Part shown: positions 58,787 through 64,000 of the stretch, piece by piece | Layout of the letters: every line of letters starts with the position of its first letter | Numbering within the stretch: position 1 is the first letter of the stretch | Source: an uncultured Halocynthiibacter sp. | GTDB taxonomy: Bacteria > Pseudomonadota > Alphaproteobacteria > Rhodobacterales > Rhodobacteraceae | Direction of reading: 5' to 3' | Length of the DNA: 64,000 bases | Assembly (NCBI GenBank): GCA_947503035.1 | Contig: CANNCD010000005.1 | Span: forward strand, 50,208-114,207 | Program-made: the position numbers and the translations under genes | Notes under the pieces: model-generated | Database searches by the model: none | Seen by the model: only the letters and a program-made list of their open reading frames with translations | What the model was told of the DNA's origin: nothing

Positions 58787-60049
58787 TCACCCCGCCGCTT
58801 CGCAAATATGTTGTATAACGGCCAGTGCCTGGGCGACTTCTTGGATCGTATTGTAGTGGCACATTGATAGACGAACACAATCCGGCAGATCCAAGGGATA
58901 AAGAATATTGCCGCTATAGTGATCCGCCTTTCGCATATGGGTGCGAACCCGCTCTTTGTTCAATGTCGCAACAACATCCGCCGACGCAACACCATCAATG
59001 ACAAAGGACACAGTTCCCTCTCGATGCTGATTGTCCGCACCCCCAAGGATCGTTATCCGGTCCATATCTCGAAGCCCCATGAGGTTCCCAGTCCCGTTGA
59101 TCAGGGAATCTGTCAAAGTCATCTCATAACTTTTGATCGCGGCCCCAGCCGCCTCTAGGCGTTTCCGTGGCGCAACCTCGTCCGACACGTTGCCGCCGAG
59201 CCAATCAAAATATGCAATAACGTCAGAAATCGCAGCAAAAGCACCCGTATCGCGCGTGCCCAATTCCCAGTTGCGGATCGGCCCGCCGATCAATGCCTCA
59301 TGGGAAAATGACGTCAGTTTGTCTGAAATCCACGCAACCCCATATCCATGGCGCGAGAACATTTTGTACGGAGAAATAGCATAACCATCAATGTCATATG
59401 CCGCCAAATCGACTTGTCCATGCGCCGCATGCTGGATACCATCCACAATGATAACACAGTCGGGCGACACGGCACGGATGGCCGCCGCAATCGCGGCAAC
59501 ATCGACACCGATCCCTGTAACGGGGGAGGCATGTAAAATCGTTGCGACCGCAACGTCTGGGGTCATCTGCGCGGCGTAATGTGAAGCGGTTACCGTGCCT
59601 TCGACATCGTCGTGCGCGACGCTCACATATTCCATACCCGTGACGCCGGCCCAATGCTGTGCAGCGCTCCGGCTAGATGGATGCTCAAGCGAACTTCCAA
59701 TAACCTTTGCACCCTTTGGCGCATTCAGACATGCCACCTTGATCATCCGAAACAAGAGCTCGGTCCCGGTCTCGCCAAGAATAAACTGACCAGAGTGGGA
59801 ATTCATGAACACAGCCAAGTCGGTACGTGCCTTTTCAATCGTAGCCTCCAGCGCTTTGGCAGCTGGGTTGTCGCGACCTTGATTATCGGGGATACCCGCG
59901 TATTTCGCCGACGTCTCGATCACAGACTTCAAGGTCAGGGCCCCACCACCGTTCTCAAAATACACCCGCGGCCCTTCGATCGGGCACGCCTCGACATTTG
60001 CGAAGCGATCACGAATTTCATGGATAAGAGATTGGTTATCTTGGATCAT
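58787..60049 (-). CDS. class V aminotransferase-fold PLP enzyme (cysteine desulfurase / SufS-CsdA-like family)
   Basis: Start at MIQDNQSL (60049). Class V fold with a candidate PLP lysine in AISPYKMFSRHGYG. Confidence 0.75.
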   Translation of the reverse strand: MIQDNQSLIHEIRDRFANVEACPIEGPRVYFENGGGALTLKSVIETSAKYAGIPDNQGRDNPAAKALEATIEKARTDLAVFMNSHSGQFILGETGTELLFRMIKVACLNAPKGAKVIGSSLEHPSSRSAAQHWAGVTGMEYVSVAHDDVEGTVTASHYAAQMTPDVAVATILHASPVTGIGVDVAAIAAAIRAVSPDCVIIVDGIQHAAHGQVDLAAYDIDGYAISPYKMFSRHGYGVAWISDKLTSFSHEALIGGPIRNWELGTRDTGAFAAISDVIAYFDWLGGNVSDEVAPRKRLEAAGAAIKSYEMTLTDSLINGTGNLMGLRDMDRITILGGADNQHREGTVSFVIDGVASADVVATLNKERVRTHMRKADHYSGNILYPLDLPDCVRLSMCHYNTIQEVAQALAVIQHICEAAG

Positions 60050-60163
60050 GGTGTATTCCGTATAGAGATATAGGGCCAGACGATCGGCCGCCGCAGACAC
60101 AGGTCAGCAGCCAGATTTAACGAACACGTCTCTTGTGAGAGCCGGCACGTTTTCCCGTACGAA

Positions 60164-60184
60164 TATCTCTGATCCAGAGAGATA
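60164..60184. promoter_or_regulatory. dyad TATCTCT-N7-AGAGATA upstream of the aminotransferase gene (candidate LysR site)
   Basis: 7-bp perfect arms. A further AGAGATA half-site lies near 60066-60072. Confidence 0.3.
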
Positions 60185-60269
60185 CTTAAAACGACTAATA
60201 ATCAGGAAGGCATATCGAAAAAAGGAATGCATCATCAGGGTACCCCCACACAGCGTTACCTAGGGGACC

Positions 60270-61178
60270 TCAAATCTGATGACTGCGCCCAAAATCGCAA
60301 TGCAGTTTGGCCAGTTCTGCTACTTCTTGAATAAATGCGTTGGGACGGTCGCTTCTGTACATCGCCACATAGGGAATTGGGGGAAGAGGATCCTCGGTGG
60401 CGATGACTTCCAATTTGCCCGACGTCTCCAGATCTTGGCAATATTCGTAAGGCAAATATGCCACGCCAAGGCCTGCAACGGTCAAGCCAAGCAACGCTGT
60501 CATTGAATCACATACAAGCGTTTCATCAAACACGACGCCTCGATCCTTTAGCCACTTGTTCAAAAACAACCCAGAGCCCGATGCGTGACCTTGGACAAAC
60601 ACCGGAAAACGCGCCAAGTCTCTGTGCCTGATGGGTTTGTCGACATCAATCAGCCCCGTTTTGGCCATCCAATGGTTCTGAACTGTTGCAAGCGGCTTAG
60701 ACGTGAATTCCGGAAGCACGAAGGTTTCCGGTATAAGAATCAGATCAAGCTGGCTTTGCTCTAGATCATGAAACAACGCTTTGGCCATATCGACTTTTGG
60801 CGAGATATGTACGTTCTCAAATTTGTCTTTTATTGCAGAAATCAACTGGGGAAACCACGTGATGGCCGTCAACTCTGTCACACCAATTCGAAGGGTTCTT
60901 GGCCGGTTTACGACATCCTGTTGAATGTCCGAAATTTGATCGTGCAATCGAAGAATTTGCCGTGCCACATCAAAAAGCTCTTCGCCGCGCGCCGTCAATT
61001 GCGCCCCGCGCAGCCGCCGGTCAAAGACTTCTATCTGTGACCCACGCTCAAGTTCCTGAACGCGCTTCGAGATCGCGGATTGGGTTGTATAGAGCTTTGC
61101 CGCGGCGCGTTCAAACGTACCCAATTCTGCGATCCAGTACAAAGCTTCGAGCTGTTTCAAAGTGATGTTTACATTCAT
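60270..61178 (-). CDS. LysR family transcriptional regulator
   Basis: Start at MNVNITLKQLEALYWIAELGTFERAAAKLYTTQSAISKRVQELE (61178). Confidence 0.9.
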   Translation of the reverse strand: MNVNITLKQLEALYWIAELGTFERAAAKLYTTQSAISKRVQELERGSQIEVFDRRLRGAQLTARGEELFDVARQILRLHDQISDIQQDVVNRPRTLRIGVTELTAITWFPQLISAIKDKFENVHISPKVDMAKALFHDLEQSQLDLILIPETFVLPEFTSKPLATVQNHWMAKTGLIDVDKPIRHRDLARFPVFVQGHASGSGLFLNKWLKDRGVVFDETLVCDSMTALLGLTVAGLGVAYLPYEYCQDLETSGKLEVIATEDPLPPIPYVAMYRSDRPNAFIQEVAELAKLHCDFGRSHQI

Positions 61179-61813
61179 TGATCTTCTTTCCAGCCAAGCA
61201 AGCCCATTCCAAAAAACTATCAATAAAACTGAACACCACCTCCAAAAGGAATGCAATCCCTCCCTGCATCCAACTATCTAACCGTCGCCCTCGCTCATCA
61301 CAGCGTCAAACAAGCTCCTGTCCCGATCAACGCATTGCTCAGACATCAGGCCTCATCTCGCCCTAGGAATGCGCCCTTAAGTGCCAGAAGCCTTATTCGA
61401 AAAATCAAAAACGAGCAGTACTGAAATTGGGGGCTAGACACCGAAATTCAGGTTCTTTCATATTTTCCAAACCAGATATGGGTGGGAATCTAGGGGGTAT
61501 TACTCCTAGATTCACACCATTAAACGAACGCAATATTCGGCAGACTGGTGCGTAGCCAAAGTTCGCTGCAGAGGGTCGGAATGTCCAAGTTTGGCCTATT
61601 TGCGATGATCTTACTTGGAGCGTTGCGCCGCTCCACCACGCAAAGGTTGTGACATAGGTTAGGGACACCCCACACCCCGATCAATGACAAATGAGCCATG
61701 GAAAACGGGCAAATAAAGAGCAGCTGCAACAAAAGAAGAGCTCTGAGGTTTCCACCAGATTTATTGGAAGGCAGACTCAAAAAGTTGTACAGATTGGCGT
61801 CACCCGAAATTTA

Positions 61814-61942
61814 GTTAAACGATCATCAGGAATTGTTTAACGATCAAGCAAGGGGCCTTGGCCCCGCGCAGTTGTTTTGCTCGCAAAACGACGGAGCGCC
61901 CCCACGGCGTAAGTGGCATACAGGTAGCTCTCAAAGCTACCT
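61814..61942 (+). other. candidate oriT region (repeat cluster upstream of the relaxase gene)
   Basis: Direct repeats GTTAAACGATCA (61814-61825) and GTTTAACGATCA (61835-61846) lie 21 bp apart. Inverted repeats are GGGGCC-TT-GGCCCC (61852-61865), GTTGTTTTGC-TC-GCAAAACGAC (61871-61892, one mismatch) and AGGTAGCT-CTCAA-AGCTACCT (61922-61942). Confidence 0.4.
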
Positions 61943-62090
61943 ACAGTCTGTCTCTATGGGTAGGAAACCGCGCCCAATTAATAGGTTATCCACATAATTC
62001 AGATCCCCACTCACCCAGAGCACGAAATCCGGTTTTAAACTTTCATGAACCTCACCGAGCCTTTCTGAAACGCAACAGAAAGGAACTGTG

Positions 62091-63428
62091 ATGGCCTATC
62101 AATTCATTCACATCGAAACATACTCAAGAGCCCAGACCAAGGTTAAAGGGACAGACAATCATTTCAATTCCGCAGCTCAGGTTTTCGGGGAGGCAAGACG
62201 CGTGCCCAAATATTCTGGTCATGTAGAACAGGTTGGAAAGGTTTATCGGCTTGGAGGAACACTCTCGGTCGCCCAACTAGAAGCAAGACACACAGCCCTT
62301 CTGAAAGACCTCAAGGAAAGGGTCACCCGCAAAGATGGCAGCACTTATGAGCGTAAGCTTCGAAAGGATGCGGCGACGCTCTATACGGAAATCCATTCGC
62401 ATCCCCTGCCCACCTCCACGTTCTTGGCAGACAAGAAAACCTATGGACCCGAAATTCAGAAATGGATCAAGCTGGCGCTTGAGGATTTTCAGGCTCGGAT
62501 GCCAGACGACATCGAATGGACCGCGGTCATGCATGTCGATGAAAGCCATGTGCATTTTCATATCCTTGCGATCAATCCAAAGGACCCGAAGCTGGACGCC
62601 AACAAGCTCCACACGGGAAAAGCAGCGGCAGCAAAGCTCCGCAAGGCTTTGGATGCCCCGACTGCGGTCACAGCATTGCCAAAGCCTGAACTACAGAAGC
62701 GACCGAGGAAGCCCAAGCAACCCCGCCCCTCAAAGAACCGCGAAACTCAGCGCAAGAATAAGATCAAACGAGAGGCGCAGCTGTCAAATTGGGAAAAGGA
62801 ATGCCGAGATGTTGAAGCCCACAATGCTGCGTTGCTGGCGGCCTGGAATACGGAAAACGCTGCGCACCTCAAATCCGCACGCAAGCAACGCGGAACAATC
62901 CCGGAAAAGGATGCTTACACAGCTGCAATGAAAGCGCTGCAAGATCGGTATTATGAACAGGTGGGAAAACCCTGCGGCCTCTTGCGGGACGGCCCCAGAG
63001 CCGAGCGCCTGAGCGCGGTTGAATATGGGGCACGACAGAAAAACGCGCAACGGCTGGCTTCCGATATTGAGACTGTTGAAAGGGATCGCGAACGTGTCGA
63101 TCAGGAAATCGATATGGTCGAAGATATCAAAGCACGTCACGCTGATAACCTTGCGGACTTTTCCAAAAAGCAGGCAGAATTCGACGACGGGCTGGACGCC
63201 TTGGAAACGCTCATCACTCAATTAGAAACCGGTGAGGCGACCGTTTCGGATGGCGCAATCCAAATGCAGAAACCACCCCGCTTTCTCAAGCATCTATTTC
63301 AGAAGAAGCCCGACGAAAGCAGAACGGTTGGTCTATTCAGACGACTTTTTAAACTAATTGTCCAGGGAGTTAATAGCGGGCGCAACGTGGTCGAAACCAC
63401 GCCAGAGTCCAATGAGCCTGAACTTTAG
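62091..63428 (+). CDS. MobV/Pre family relaxase (plasmid recombination/mobilization enzyme)
   Basis: The N-terminus MAYQFIHIETYS, the RKDAATLYTEI segment and the metal motif MHVDESHVHFH parallel MobM-type relaxases (RKDAV..., HLDESTPHMH). The C-terminal half is coiled-coil-like. ATG 62091 follows AAAGGAA. Confidence 0.75.
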   Translation: MAYQFIHIETYSRAQTKVKGTDNHFNSAAQVFGEARRVPKYSGHVEQVGKVYRLGGTLSVAQLEARHTALLKDLKERVTRKDGSTYERKLRKDAATLYTEIHSHPLPTSTFLADKKTYGPEIQKWIKLALEDFQARMPDDIEWTAVMHVDESHVHFHILAINPKDPKLDANKLHTGKAAAAKLRKALDAPTAVTALPKPELQKRPRKPKQPRPSKNRETQRKNKIKREAQLSNWEKECRDVEAHNAALLAAWNTENAAHLKSARKQRGTIPEKDAYTAAMKALQDRYYEQVGKPCGLLRDGPRAERLSAVEYGARQKNAQRLASDIETVERDRERVDQEIDMVEDIKARHADNLADFSKKQAEFDDGLDALETLITQLETGEATVSDGAIQMQKPPRFLKHLFQKKPDESRTVGLFRRLFKLIVQGVNSGRNVVETTPESNEPEL

Positions 63429-63732
63429 GAGCTACACAAACGGCCCATAGCTGCCGTTCGTGAGCACGATGCGCGCGGAACTGCAGGCTCTTCGAAGTGG
63501 ACATTGATGACACGGTGCAATAGCTTGGAATGAAATGAGGGAGATTGCCCGACCTCGGGCCTGGCATATAATTCTACTTCGAACGCAATTATTCCCAAAC
63601 ACCTAGATCAGGTATTTTTACTCCACTCGTGGTTGCAAGTAGTGACGGCGCAACTATATATCGTGGTAAGATTCGCAAATTGCGGCGCGTATTTCAGGAA
63701 TTTTTTACCAAGAAGCTTGAAGGTTTTATTGA

Positions 63733-64000
63733 ATGAGTAACGGATACACTATTGATTTTGTTGGAGTTGGTGAGGAATCGAAGAGTGGTGATTGTATTAT
63801 TATTCAGTTCGGCGATTTCACTAACGCGTTGAGCCTGCGTACCATTGTTATCGATGGAGGGTTTAAGTCGTCGTTTGAAAAAGTTTCTGAACATCTAACC
63901 AATGTTCTCCAAATAGATAAAATCGACCTTGTTGTCTCCACTCACCCTGACAGAGACCATGTCGGCGGGCTAGTTCAGTTAGTAGAAGAATTTGATGTCG
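63733..64000 (+). CDS. MBL-fold metallo-hydrolase (partial, 3' end beyond the window)
   Basis: This ORF is not in the ORF track because it is open to the window end. My translation is MSNGYTIDFVGVGEESKSGDCIIIQFGD...VVSTHPDRDHVGGLVQLVEEFDV, which carries an HxDxDH-type metal motif. The DNA is AT-rich. Confidence 0.6.
   Translation, partial: MSNGYTIDFVGVGEESKSGDCIIIQFGDFTNALSLRTIVIDGGFKSSFEKVSEHLTNVLQIDKIDLVVSTHPDRDHVGGLVQLVEEFDV

Larger units (their letters stand above)
61179..64000. mobile_element. edge of a putative mobilizable element / genomic island (partial, runs off the window)
   Basis: G+C drops: hand counts give about 43% in 61381-61500 against about 60% in 34141-34200. The stretch holds 900 bp without a convincing ORF, then a MobV-type relaxase and an AT-rich MBL-fold gene. 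No integrase or att site is visible. Confidence 0.4.

Noticed and set aside
61405-61780. Two overlapping minus-strand ORFs of 86-87 aa, plus the 77-aa plus-strand ORF at 61858-62091, in the low-G+C region.
   Set aside because: None has a family resemblance or RBS. The plus-strand ORF overlaps the repeat cluster, which is better explained as oriT or regulatory DNA.
63694-63894. A 66-aa minus-strand ORF from the ORF track.
   Set aside because: It is antisense to the better-supported MBL-fold ORF that starts at 63733 and runs off the window.

Overview
This is a gene-dense chromosomal segment of about 58 CDS. Its gene content looks like a marine alphaproteobacterium (Rhodobacterales-like): TRAP and TAXI-TRAP transporters, an Aap-type amino-acid ABC system, PxpABC, and many GntR/MocR/LysR/IclR/TetR regulators. 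The taxon is an inference. I found no rRNA, tRNA, CRISPR array, transposase or integrase. Layout: 148-3366 holds a circularly permuted ATP-grasp / alpha-E / Anbu (proteasome-like) operon. 3901-10463 holds a hydantoin-racemase-like gene, a Pot-type ABC importer, and divergent GntR and GNAT genes. 10613-21174 is one long minus-strand gene string: FAD amine oxidase, HyuA, HyuB, SDR, PrpE-like CoA ligase, RidA, an orphan amino-acid ABC ATPase, and SulP. 21286-27961 has an organosulfur theme: rhodanese, a BisC-like Mo S/N-oxide reductase with IclR, a MetC-like lyase, VOC, a persulfide-dioxygenase-like MBL protein and a small membrane protein. 28041-31356 is an AapJQM-like importer with no ATPase gene. 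31915-40113 holds a MocR-type regulator divergent from an eight-gene, translationally coupled Nit1C-type cluster (Sll0783-like protein, nitrilase, radical SAM, GNAT, AIR-synthase-like, small protein, flavin monooxygenase, LnmK/Pnap_2097-like protein). 40300-40633 is a decayed TetR remnant. 40634-46790 holds a redox/GST set. 46896-51352 holds a TetR-SDR pair and a DctPQM-type TRAP system. 51966-61178 holds PxpABC, USP, TAXI-TRAP, a class V aminotransferase and LysR. 61179-64000 is lower-G+C DNA with inverted and direct repeats, a MobV/Pre-type relaxase, and an MBL-fold gene cut by the window end. The best candidate for a poorly understood system is the Nit1C-type cluster and its unusual regulatory and accessory context. 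The ATP-grasp/alpha-E/Anbu operon and the mobile-element edge come next. All family assignments come from reading the translated ORFs, and no database search was run.
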